This document shows positions 49,283 to 58,045 of a stretch of 64,000 bases of DNA, piece by piece (the first letter of the stretch is position 1; each line of letters opens with the position of its first letter). The notes under the pieces were generated by a model that saw nothing but the letters and a program-made list of their open reading frames with translations, made no database searches and was not told where the DNA came from. The stretch is from the IMG/VR virus record IMGVR_UViG_3300033153_015063, positions 62,001 through 126,000 of that record, one strand, 5' to 3'. A program made the translations under genes and the position numbers.

Positions 49283-50233
49283 ATGTCAGAAACACGTAAA
49301 CGAGTGGCGATGTATATCAGGGTCTCAATCGACGAACAATCCAGGGATGGATACGATGTCAAGTCCCAGGTCAGAAATCTTCGCAATTATATTGCTATGA
49401 AAGAAGGGTGGATTGAAGGTTGGGAATATAGTGATGATGGTTACGATTGTGATGAGAAAAGGCCGGCTTATGAACGGTTGTGGGATGAAATAGATGAATG
49501 GGATGTTCTTCTCATCTGGAAGTTGGACCGTATCCACAATGACATGCCAGGTTTACTGAACATGGGCATCAAACTGGCAGACAACGACAAGGACCTGGCG
49601 TCAGTCAGTGAACTTATCGACACCACTTCTGACATGGGCCGTCATCTCTATCACATCTTCGGAGCTCTGATCCAATTCGAGAACAAAAACCCACGTTCTG
49701 TCTCTCTACCCCATCCTACTTTCATTGATGATGGAGTAGTGGCCGATAGTCAAGAAGTGGAAGTTCCTACCCCTGAAACAGGAACGCCGGTAGCTACGCT
49801 TACAGGTAAGTGGATAACATCTCCACCATTTGGTTATGATATTGACAAAGAACCAGAGTCAAAGGGCCACCTGGTCGTGAACGAGGAAGAAAGTAATGTT
49901 GTTAGATACATCTTCTATCTACGGTTCAAGTTAGAGAACCCCGACTTATTCAAACCATATCAGTGGGATAGTAAGAGAGCCGGCCTCAATGTCCCATACT
50001 ACCGCACCTACCAGGACATCGCAGACCTACTCCACGACAAAGGTATCAGAACAAAGAAGGGAAAGCGATGGACTCCTTGTGCCATCAGAAGGGTCTGTGT
50101 TAACCCCATCTACTGGGGTATATTCAGGTACGGGAGTGAAGAAATGTTGGGTGGACATGAACAATTAACCCCCGAACCAGGTACTGCGGCGATGGGTGAG
50201 TGGGATTGGAAACCGCCCGATGGAGAAGAGTAA
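49283..50233 (+). CDS. serine recombinase
   Basis: MYIRVSIDEQ; RPAY; WKLDRI; PPFGY; IA..L...GI.T..G..W; NPIYWG. Confidence 0.9.
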   Translation: MSETRKRVAMYIRVSIDEQSRDGYDVKSQVRNLRNYIAMKEGWIEGWEYSDDGYDCDEKRPAYERLWDEIDEWDVLLIWKLDRIHNDMPGLLNMGIKLADNDKDLASVSELIDTTSDMGRHLYHIFGALIQFENKNPRSVSLPHPTFIDDGVVADSQEVEVPTPETGTPVATLTGKWITSPPFGYDIDKEPESKGHLVVNEEESNVVRYIFYLRFKLENPDLFKPYQWDSKRAGLNVPYYRTYQDIADLLHDKGIRTKKGKRWTPCAIRRVCVNPIYWGIFRYGSEEMLGGHEQLTPEPGTAAMGEWDWKPPDGEE

Positions 50234-50530
50234 ATGTCTTTCATTACATCTGAAGGACTCGAACTTGCTACTGAAAGCAGAAGGATAGTAAGTAGCAAGC
50301 GAGGGTCCTACTACGAGTTTGATGACGAACACATACTGAAGGTGAATATCTACGTTCCTGAAGAAGAAGAGTGGCGTCTTACCACTGACTATGTTTACTA
50401 CCATGAGTATCGTTCATGTGACGATGCATATGTGAAGCTCTACTATCAACGTCGCTTTGTCTCTTATGCTGACTACTGGGTTGGGAGATGGTATATCTCC
50501 GTTGATGATGTTACTGAGGTCGATAACTGA
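50234..50530 (+). CDS. Tyr-rich hypothetical protein
   Basis: abuts the recombinase stop codon. Confidence 0.65.
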   Translation: MSFITSEGLELATESRRIVSSKRGSYYEFDDEHILKVNIYVPEEEEWRLTTDYVYYHEYRSCDDAYVKLYYQRRFVSYADYWVGRWYISVDDVTEVDN

Positions 50531-50883
50531 TTTACGCTTTTTACAGTTGAACAATCGTAAGACCGTTGTTGTCACAATCGGTCCTATTTCAATAGTTTAA
50601 TATTCTCTGAAGTAGTTGACGCTATCAAGAACGTTGGTGGGAGTATCAGACTGTAACCCTATGATATGTCCAGGGTTTCCAAAACCACACCCGCTACTTT
50701 TCCACCATGGCCGTCAAGCTACCCCAGGCCATCCTTTCCTGGTGGGTTTACCCGGATACGATTGTTAGATATAAACTGTCTCTTATAAAAATGTATCTTG
50801 TTTGCATCAAACGTATTGGTGAGATGTTTATAAAGGAACTGTAAAATATCAGGCATCTTATAAAAGTCCTGTACCATCACGTG

Positions 50884-51042
50884 AGAGCTTTATATACTCA
50901 CAAGTAGGCCAGAGCTTTATATACTCACAAGTAGGCCAGAGCTTTATATACTCACAAGTAGGCCAGAGCTTTATATACTCACAAGTAGGCCAGAGCTTAT
51001 ATACTCACAAGTAGGCCAGAGCTTTATATACTCACAAGTAGG
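50884..51042 (+). repeat. 6 x 27-bp tandem repeat AGAGCTTTATATACTCACAAGTAGGCC
   Basis: units start at 50884, 50911, 50938, 50965, 50992 (one T missing) and 51018 (partial). Confidence 0.95.
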
Positions 51043-51083
51043 TTACGTTCTTTACGGTATTGGCCTAAGATACGTTTCTAATG

Positions 51084-51800
51084 TGTAGTAGTAGTGTAGT
51101 AGTAGTAGGTAGTAGTGTAGTAGTAGTAGGTAGTAGTGTAGTAGTAGTAGGTAGTAGTGTAGTAGTAGTGTAGTAGTGTAGTAGTAGTAGGGTAGGTAGT
51201 AGTGGAATTAAATGTGAAGCACTGTGGATGGGGTAGGTAAGATAGGTAGGTAACGGAATTAAATGTGAGACAGTAGATGCCGTAATAATAGTAATAGTAG
51301 TAATAACTGTAACAGGAAAATTAAATGTTATCAGTCAGTACACAGTTGTTTGGCACTATGGTAACCAAATTAAATGAAATCAGTTCACTCTCAAAAGCGT
51401 AATTTTTGAAATTCTACCATCCCGTACACACGTGTATGGCAAGGAGATAGTTAGTAAGTAGTAGTAGTGGTAGTAGATAGGGTAGATAGGGTAGTAGAAT
51501 TAAATGAAATATGGTAGGTAGTAGTAGGTAGTAGTAGGTAGTAGTAGGTAGTAGTAGTAGGTAGTAGTAGGTAGGTAGGTGGTAGGGTCAGAATTAAATG
51601 AAATAGGGTAGTAGGGGGTAGTAGTAGGGTAGTAGGGGGTAGTAGTAGGTCAGAATTAAATGAAATAGGGTAGTAGGGGGTAGTAGTAGGGTAGTAGGGG
51701 GTAGTAGTAGGGTAGTAGGGGGTAGTAGTAGATAAGGTAGGTAGGGTAGGTGGGTCAGAATTAAATGAAAGTAGGTATGATGTATCAGTAGTGGTAGTAG
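51084..51800 (+). repeat. GTA/GGTA low-complexity tract with 8 AATTAAATG boxes; candidate origin or terminal region
   Basis: + strand is G-rich and C-poor; no ORFs. Confidence 0.8.
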
Positions 51801-51887
51801 CTAATGGTTGTAATTTCTGTTAGTTATACTGGGCTTATGTCCAAGGAATTATATAAGAGTAAGACCTATAAAACCCCTATAGGCCCT

Positions 51888-52000
51888 ATATATTTCCAGC
51901 CTCAATCTCTATAGTCTTTATATACTGCAGATGGCTTCATTACAGCATGGTACAGGGGGGTATCTTTTTTCCCCCTATGGTTAAATACTCCCTTTTATGG
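51888..52000 (-). repeat. 113-bp inverted repeat, right copy
   Basis: exact reverse complement of 36417-36529. Confidence 0.9.
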
Positions 52001-52134
52001 GGTTGGTTCTATGGAAGTATATTTCTGAAATCGAGGCTGAGTTATACTGACTATAGAGACAGCGGCATCGTAATCCATAGGAATTTACCATGACCCAGAA
52101 GTTATGTATAGGTAAGGTTTGGTACTGTAGTTAG

Positions 52135-52389
52135 TTATTCTACGATCTTTCTGGGGTTACCATCATCCCCAAGTGTATATCTGTTACCAGATCCATAAGG
52201 AAATTCAATCACCCCGGTGTTTTTCTTGCGATGGATCTTACATTTTGGGCACCACGAGAGTTTTCCTGCATCCCTCAACTTGGTGTCACACTCGGGGCAC
52301 CAACCCTGGATTAGTTCCAATGCACCTTTCAAAGCAGTCATACTGACTTCTCTGCCCACTCTTTTTGTCCTCCTATACTTTGGACCCAT
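52135..52389 (-). CDS. zinc-ribbon protein with a leader-like motif at the C-terminus
   Basis: CPEC...CPKCKIH followed by VIEFPYGSGNRY. Confidence 0.7.
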   Translation of the reverse strand: MGPKYRRTKRVGREVSMTALKGALELIQGWCPECDTKLRDAGKLSWCPKCKIHRKKNTGVIEFPYGSGNRYTLGDDGNPRKIVE

Positions 52390-52434
52390 CCTTGTTCAGT
52401 TATCGCTTGTTTTTGCCTGTTTCCTGGTGGTTAT

Positions 52435-52695
52435 TCAATCCGTTCCGTTCTCCCCCAGAACCTGGATGGTATCTTCGATGGTTACACTGGCACTTCCGAT
52501 GAAGGAGTGGTCACTGCTCCGGGCCATCTGGAGTTGTGCATACCAGTAACAATACGCAGCCTCAAGGTCCCGGCCGTTCCCATTCTCTCGCAGTTCACTG
52601 TCGTTGATGACTACTTGGGCCAGATCAATGGCTTGTTCGATGAGCTCAGAGACCTCCTGTAGATTTTCGATTGCTTCGTTCTTGTCCATGTTCAT
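52435..52695 (-). CDS. hypothetical protein
   Basis: GGAGA RBS; operon context. Confidence 0.65.
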   Translation of the reverse strand: MNMDKNEAIENLQEVSELIEQAIDLAQVVINDSELRENGNGRDLEAAYCYWYAQLQMARSSDHSFIGSASVTIEDTIQVLGENGTD

Positions 52696-52712
52696 CTCTC
52701 CATAAGGTAATG

Positions 52713-53168
52713 TCAGTCATCTGGGCGTGGGCCTGGGCCTTCCCACCACCAATAGTACATCACACCATCATCTCCCTCTCGTTCATCTCGAAACCACTTC
52801 GTTCCACAAACAGGGCAATAGATCACACTCCTTATCTCGTGGGCTGATGCTACCGCACCAAGGCAACAAAGGTTATCGCCTCCAAATTGGGATTCTTCGA
52901 AGGTCTCACTATTGAGACAATGTTTACAGGTAACCTTTTTTACATCAATGGTGCAAAGAATGTCCTTTGGAGATACACCACAAGAGACAGTATTCTCACT
53001 TGTCCAATAGTGGACCATTGGTCCCTTCTGATTAACAGGTTTTGATGGGTCGTCACTTTCTTGTATTGCACTACCTTTGACATGGATCTTACATCTCCGG
53101 CACCAATACGCTTTACCTACCTCTTTTAGATTATCCCCACAATCGGGACAGACGTTAGTCATCCTCAT
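52713..53168 (-). CDS. multi-zinc-finger protein
   Basis: CPDC...CRRCKIH, TCKHC and CPVC. Confidence 0.7.
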   Translation of the reverse strand: MRMTNVCPDCGDNLKEVGKAYWCRRCKIHVKGSAIQESDDPSKPVNQKGPMVHYWTSENTVSCGVSPKDILCTIDVKKVTCKHCLNSETFEESQFGGDNLCCLGAVASAHEIRSVIYCPVCGTKWFRDEREGDDGVMYYWWWEGPGPRPDD

Positions 53169-53184
53169 CCTACCTTCTTACCTT

Positions 53185-54498
53185 TCAGATTGGGATGGTC
53201 CACGTCTTGGTCTTGGGTTTGTACTTCCCACCAACGGACTTGACAGCGGCCACAGCGTCAGAAAACACAGAACGTTCGAGGAAAGATCCATCGCCTATGG
53301 TAACTGATACGGACTTGGCGTTAACCCTCTTCAGCACAAGTTCTTCATGGACACCCTTTATTTTATCCTCGATGTCGGCCCTATCGGACACCCGATCTTT
53401 TTTCGCTTTGCGGGATACGGCAGCTTTGGCCTTTCGTTCCTCGGCCTTCCGGGCTGCCTCTTCTTTCATCTCTTTCTCCCGCTCAGCATCCCGGATCTCA
53501 CGTTTTGCCTTCCGTTCGGTCTCTTTCTCGGTCTTGATGACAACGGCCTTTTTCTGACGAACCTCGAAAGCGGCCTGGACCTCGGCCTCGACACCAAGGA
53601 GCTCGATGGAGTTCTTCAAACCAGAGCTTGATGGACTGTGGATTGGGCCCCACTCGGCCTGACGCATCTCATCCTCAGAGAGTTCTTTCGAAGTGAGCTT
53701 CACCTTCATGTTCTCGATGACCCGGTCGGCCAGGTCCTTGTCAGCCATGATGTCTTTGTACAGGGCGGAACCGTAGCAGTCGGAGTAGTCACATCCCTGG
53801 GCCCCATCGGACCGGTGATGAAAGATGGTCTCGATGAGATAACCCGATGGATCTTCTACCATCAAGTCGATGTCCTTCTGATTGATGCCAACCGCCCGGC
53901 CTGGTGTGGTGTAATAGTACACCCGCCAATCGTCGTAGGCATCGACGTTCATCTTCAGCGTATCAGAATCGGGGAACCACGTGGCTCTCTTCGTGGAGAT
54001 ACCACCATCCACGAAACCAATCTGTGTGCTCTCACCGTCCGTCGGGGCCCCGTTGACCTCCACCAGTCCCTTCTCGCTGATAAAGTCCTCGATGACCTTG
54101 TTGATCTTCTCCCGTTCGGCCTCGGCATCAGCTTCTTTCTGCTTTTTTTCCTCGACCTTCCGTATCCCTTCCGCCTTGGCTTTGACCCTGGCTTTGGCAT
54201 CATCATCCAATCGCCCTCGGGCCTCGTCGATGTCGGTCTGGAAGTTATCGAGAAGATACTGAACACTTTCATTGGTCGGGGCGAAGTAAGTATAGTTTTT
54301 ACCGTAGCTGGATCTCACGACGAAGGTGTTGGAGAGATTTTTTACCTTTGGGAGGGCGGCTGCCGGGACTGTATGAACGTCCCAGTGACTGTGCCAGAAA
54401 CAATCGTCGCAGTAGTCAGGGCAGTCCGAGAAGGAACCATCCTCGTCAACATGCACGGCCTCCACCCATGATTTCCGAACCACTTCTTCGTCGTTCAT
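53185..54498 (-). CDS. hypothetical protein with coiled coils
   Basis: GAGGTGA RBS; C-terminal GGKYKPKTKTWTIP motif. Confidence 0.8.
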   Translation of the reverse strand: MNDEEVVRKSWVEAVHVDEDGSFSDCPDYCDDCFWHSHWDVHTVPAAALPKVKNLSNTFVVRSSYGKNYTYFAPTNESVQYLLDNFQTDIDEARGRLDDDAKARVKAKAEGIRKVEEKKQKEADAEAEREKINKVIEDFISEKGLVEVNGAPTDGESTQIGFVDGGISTKRATWFPDSDTLKMNVDAYDDWRVYYYTTPGRAVGINQKDIDLMVEDPSGYLIETIFHHRSDGAQGCDYSDCYGSALYKDIMADKDLADRVIENMKVKLTSKELSEDEMRQAEWGPIHSPSSSGLKNSIELLGVEAEVQAAFEVRQKKAVVIKTEKETERKAKREIRDAEREKEMKEEAARKAEERKAKAAVSRKAKKDRVSDRADIEDKIKGVHEELVLKRVNAKSVSVTIGDGSFLERSVFSDAVAAVKSVGGKYKPKTKTWTIPI

Positions 54499-54509
54499 CG
54501 CTTCTCACC

Positions 54510-54650
54510 TCAGCTACTGAGAAAGTTCACGTCCCTTTCATGTTCTTCCCAGCAGGCAGTATGGATGCCGAATGTCACTTTCATACCCTTGGTAATGGGC
54601 AGGTCACAGTACTGGCAGGTAGCATCTTCACCTTTGTATATCACTTCCAT
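54510..54650 (-). CDS. 46-aa zinc-finger protein (MEVIYKGEDATCQYC...HTAC)
   Basis: fills an operon gap; CxxC...HxxC; below the track cutoff. Confidence 0.65.
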   Translation of the reverse strand: MEVIYKGEDATCQYCDLPITKGMKVTFGIHTACWEEHERDVNFLSS

Positions 54651-54662
54651 TGTTCTCACTTC

Positions 54663-55712
54663 CTAGATGATCGCCTGAGCGGTTGAATCGTTGCTGTCAG
54701 TGGTTTCGTGGGGCAAAGGATGGGCTTTCTGGACTTCGACGGTCTTTGCCTCATCCAGGACGAGTTCGAGAGCTCTCTGGACCCGGCCCATGACCTTGTA
54801 GATGGCTTTTCCCACCGAGAAGCCACCCTCCTTTGCGTAGTGCTGGATGTACTCGTAGGTGTTGCCGGTCGTGTCATCCTCCCCATCACCGAATACCTGG
54901 TAAAGCACCTGGGCACCGAGTTCAGCGGTCGCCTCCTGGTCCCAATGCTGCCCCGTCTTCAGGCTGCCCCGATTCTTCTCGTCGGCCTTGTGGACCAGTT
55001 CATGGAGGAAGGTCTTGGGATGGCCGGTCATAAGTTCGATGGTCTGTTTTGATGGACTGTAGGAACCGAGGGACTTCCCGTTGAACCCGTTGGCTTTGAC
55101 CCGCAGGCCCCATTTCTGGGCCACTTTGATGAGTGGAAGATCCTTTAGTTCGTTCCACTTCTCCTTTCTCCAGACATCCTCAGGGATGTCGTCCCCTTCG
55201 GTGTCTTCATAGCGGAAGGCCTTGAAGGTGCGGAACCTCATGTAGAAGATTTCTGCCTTGTACTCACCGTACTTGGCACCTGGGTCCCCATCAGACGCAG
55301 GATGGGTCTTTCCATCGGCGTCGGTGGTGTGCCACCCATTCTTCTTCGAGATGAACGAGTTGTTATCAGGACGGAGGAGGTAGATGGCTTTGGACCCCTT
55401 TTTCGGGTAGCGGTTGTAGTTGTCCCGCCACTGTGCGAAGGTCATGGACAGGTTGGTTCCCATGACCCACTCGATGACCTTGTTGCCCATCGACCTCTGG
55501 GGATGGAATCCGACGTCGGGTTGGTCGGCAAAGACCTCCATTGCTATGGACTCTGGGATGGTCTTCACCTTCTCGGGATCGGAGAAGAAATCAGTCAGGG
55601 TGTCGAGGACCTGGTTGACCTCCTCCTCCTTCTTGGCCTTCCACTCGGCCCGTTCTTCTGGACTCGGGTTCCACTTCTTTCTGCCGCCTTTGGATGGTTT
55701 CCGTCGTGCCAT
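54663..55712 (-). CDS. ArdC-like anti-restriction protein (ssDNA-binding N-domain plus HExxH domain)
   Basis: TFAQW...KKGSKAIYL; FLHELVH; EATAELGA; YIQHY. Confidence 0.75.
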   Translation of the reverse strand: MARRKPSKGGRKKWNPSPEERAEWKAKKEEEVNQVLDTLTDFFSDPEKVKTIPESIAMEVFADQPDVGFHPQRSMGNKVIEWVMGTNLSMTFAQWRDNYNRYPKKGSKAIYLLRPDNNSFISKKNGWHTTDADGKTHPASDGDPGAKYGEYKAEIFYMRFRTFKAFRYEDTEGDDIPEDVWRKEKWNELKDLPLIKVAQKWGLRVKANGFNGKSLGSYSPSKQTIELMTGHPKTFLHELVHKADEKNRGSLKTGQHWDQEATAELGAQVLYQVFGDGEDDTTGNTYEYIQHYAKEGGFSVGKAIYKVMGRVQRALELVLDEAKTVEVQKAHPLPHETTDSNDSTAQAII

Positions 55713-55713
55713 C

Positions 55714-55899
55714 TTACTCACTCTCCATGAAGACATCAGGGATAGCCTCGATCATGTCCGTACCATCCTCATTCTGCAACCAGTCGATGGCATACCAAAG
55801 GATTTTCAGCTTCCTCCAGGTGTTCTTGTCATCCTTGTGGACGGTCTGTAGCCGGGCCCTGATTTCACGCTTCGTTTGTGTAAGATTTTTGGACATCAT
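55714..55899 (-). CDS. small protein, first gene of the ArdC-like operon
   Basis: directly after copy 2 of the 45-bp promoter/RBS unit. Confidence 0.75.
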   Translation of the reverse strand: MMSKNLTQTKREIRARLQTVHKDDKNTWRKLKILWYAIDWLQNEDGTDMIEAIPDVFMESE

Positions 55900-55969
55900 A
55901 CATCACCTAACTCTTACCCGCATCTTGGTCTTTATATACTTTCAGGCCAAACAACCGTAAAAAGCGTAA
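55894..55969 (-). promoter_or_regulatory. motif + TATA + UTR + RBS unit, copy 2 of 3
   Basis: 55894-55938 is identical to 34227-34271; motif at 55953-55969. Confidence 0.9.
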
Positions 55970-56260
55970 AAGAACATTTCGTACTCTCAAGGTGTGATGG
56001 GATTTGAAGAAATTTATGGTGGTAGGATTGAAAAAACGCAGGGCCCCGTATGCCATGACACCCAACCGTCGTTGGGTACTGGGACGACTCCCAGGAGATG
56101 CACGTGCGATTACCTCGACGGGACCCCGCCCACCCTCACACTTCGGTTCTCGTCAGTGGCTTTTGGCCACTTTATTCGATACACCTCCGAGGGTGGACCA
56201 CACAATCTATGATTGGTGGCAACGTAAGGTATTACAGGATGTGTTGATTAAGATTTCGGT

Positions 56261-56602
56261 CTATCTTTCATCCCCTGAACCGTGTAGCTTCTGGTCCGCT
56301 TTTCTCTTCGAGAGCTTCTGGACGTTCTTCTCCAATACATTGTTGAAGCTCAGGCCGAGGGTGTCACATATCCTGGCCAGATACCAACAGACGTCCCCGA
56401 TTTCTTTCTCTATAAGTGGCACATCGAGTTTTTCATCACGATACCACTTCTTGACCTTCTCGGCTATCTCTCCAGTCTCACCAGTGAGACCGAGTGTCAG
56501 ATACATGACCTCGACTATCTTCTCGTGTTTGGCCTGGTCGAGAGATGGGTAGACTACTGTGGTTTTCGTGAAAGCCTGGTATTCATCGGGGTCCATACCC
56601 AA
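56261..56602 (-). CDS. MazG-like nucleotide pyrophosphohydrolase
   Basis: LGLTGETGEIAEKVKK, KEIGDVCWY, N..KL..R...GSGDER. Confidence 0.85.
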   Translation of the reverse strand: MGMDPDEYQAFTKTTVVYPSLDQAKHEKIVEVMYLTLGLTGETGEIAEKVKKWYRDEKLDVPLIEKEIGDVCWYLARICDTLGLSFNNVLEKNVQKLSKRKADQKLHGSGDER

Positions 56603-56648
56603 CGACTACTGGAGAATGTTTTTAAACTATTCGTTCGTTGTCCGTCCG

Positions 56649-57644
56649 TCATCGACTCAGGAACCCTACTACATCGTTCCATCTGTCTCTCAGTTCTTCA
56701 AGGTTCTCAACGTGTTCATTCTCCTTTTTTACCTTCTCCTGCCACTTTTTTTCATCTCTGATAGCCTCGACCTCATCTCTGATAAGACCAACTATAATGC
56801 CAGGCCCCAGGGCATCAACCTCCCAACTCTCAGCACCATACTTGGAGATATAATCGACGGACCTGCTATCGGAAATCTTGGCTGGGTTGGGAGGTGGGCT
56901 GTGTTGTTGGACCTGGTCCCAGTTCAGTGCTATCCTCCTGACCTCAAGGAGATTGTTGGTATGAGTATCACTTGCACCTTCATAATCATCGAACCTCTCC
57001 ACCCAGTGATCCCAGGTTTCACGTTCCCATTTTCTATTGACATCACCTTCCAAAAAGATGGTCAACCTCTCAAAGATGTCTCTGGTCATGTCGATGCCCG
57101 ACGGATCGTGGTCCCCGAGATGGAGAAGGATAGGATACTTCCCACTATTAAGATAACCAAGAAAGCGTTGAGATGCCTCCCACATCGCACTCTGGCTTGA
57201 GTATCCTCTACATGAGAAGTACGGAACATCAAGGCTGGGGCAGATTGCCTCAAGGATGCCCACGAGGGCGTCTTTTTCAATCCACACCTCAACCATATAC
57301 TCCTGACCATCCCACTTGTTGATTTGGAAGGACTTGACTGCTGACCTGATGATGTCCACCGGGCTGTCCCAATGGTTGTTTTCCCGCACATAACGGGTCC
57401 TGTCAGTGATATGGTCCCAATCAATCAGCCCGGCTAGCCTGGCGTTGTTGATGACGGTCTTTATGCGGTTGTAGGATTTGTCATTGTTTTCTATCAGACC
57501 TTTGCTGACAAACTGGTAGTAGAGCTGTCTGATAGTCAGGTCAAAACCCTGTTGGACATGCTCGTCGATGATTGCTGTAGCCATCTCTATAAGAGATGTG
57601 CTATCCTTCTGAAATCTCTTCTTTACATACTCGATATTGGGCAT
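56649..57644 (-). CDS. winged-helix plus Toprim protein (Topo VI-A/Spo11/JetD-like architecture)
   Basis: TIRQLYY; VWIEKDAL; GYSS; LHLGDHDPSG; WEVDAL. Confidence 0.75.
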   Translation of the reverse strand: MPNIEYVKKRFQKDSTSLIEMATAIIDEHVQQGFDLTIRQLYYQFVSKGLIENNDKSYNRIKTVINNARLAGLIDWDHITDRTRYVRENNHWDSPVDIIRSAVKSFQINKWDGQEYMVEVWIEKDALVGILEAICPSLDVPYFSCRGYSSQSAMWEASQRFLGYLNSGKYPILLHLGDHDPSGIDMTRDIFERLTIFLEGDVNRKWERETWDHWVERFDDYEGASDTHTNNLLEVRRIALNWDQVQQHSPPPNPAKISDSRSVDYISKYGAESWEVDALGPGIIVGLIRDEVEAIRDEKKWQEKVKKENEHVENLEELRDRWNDVVGFLSR

Positions 57645-57727
57645 CTCAAGTCCTCAGTATGAAAGAAAATGAAAAAGAGAGTTAATAAAGAGAGTCCCTG
57701 GGAAAGGAGTAAAAACCAGTCGGAGAT

Positions 57728-58045
57728 TCATAGTCTGGTTTTTCTGATACTTCGTAGGAAATCCAGACTTTTCCGTGTCAATCGAAAAACTTCCATCTCC
57801 ATCTCTATCAGATACCCATCTACGATAAGTTTTTCGAGGGTAGTAGAGTGGAAGGTTTGACCTTCGGGACGCCAACATTTTTCCCCAAACTCCCACATAA
57901 GTTGTTGGCGGTCAACATCCAACATATAATCTCCAGATAATATATTGTCGATGTGTATTAGATTGATACGATAGATAACGTCGTATAGGATTTTTTCATC
58001 TATATTATCGGATTCAAAAGAATCCAGACTTTCACTTCCTTCCAT
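57728..58045 (-). CDS. small protein, possible winged helix
   Basis: TLEKLIVDGYL...FRLTRKS. Confidence 0.6.
   Translation of the reverse strand: MEGSESLDSFESDNIDEKILYDVIYRINLIHIDNILSGDYMLDVDRQQLMWEFGEKCWRPEGQTFHSTTLEKLIVDGYLIEMEMEVFRLTRKSLDFLRSIRKTRL

Noticed and set aside
50884-51042. CRISPR array
   Set aside because: Repeats are head-to-tail with no spacers, and no cas genes are visible.
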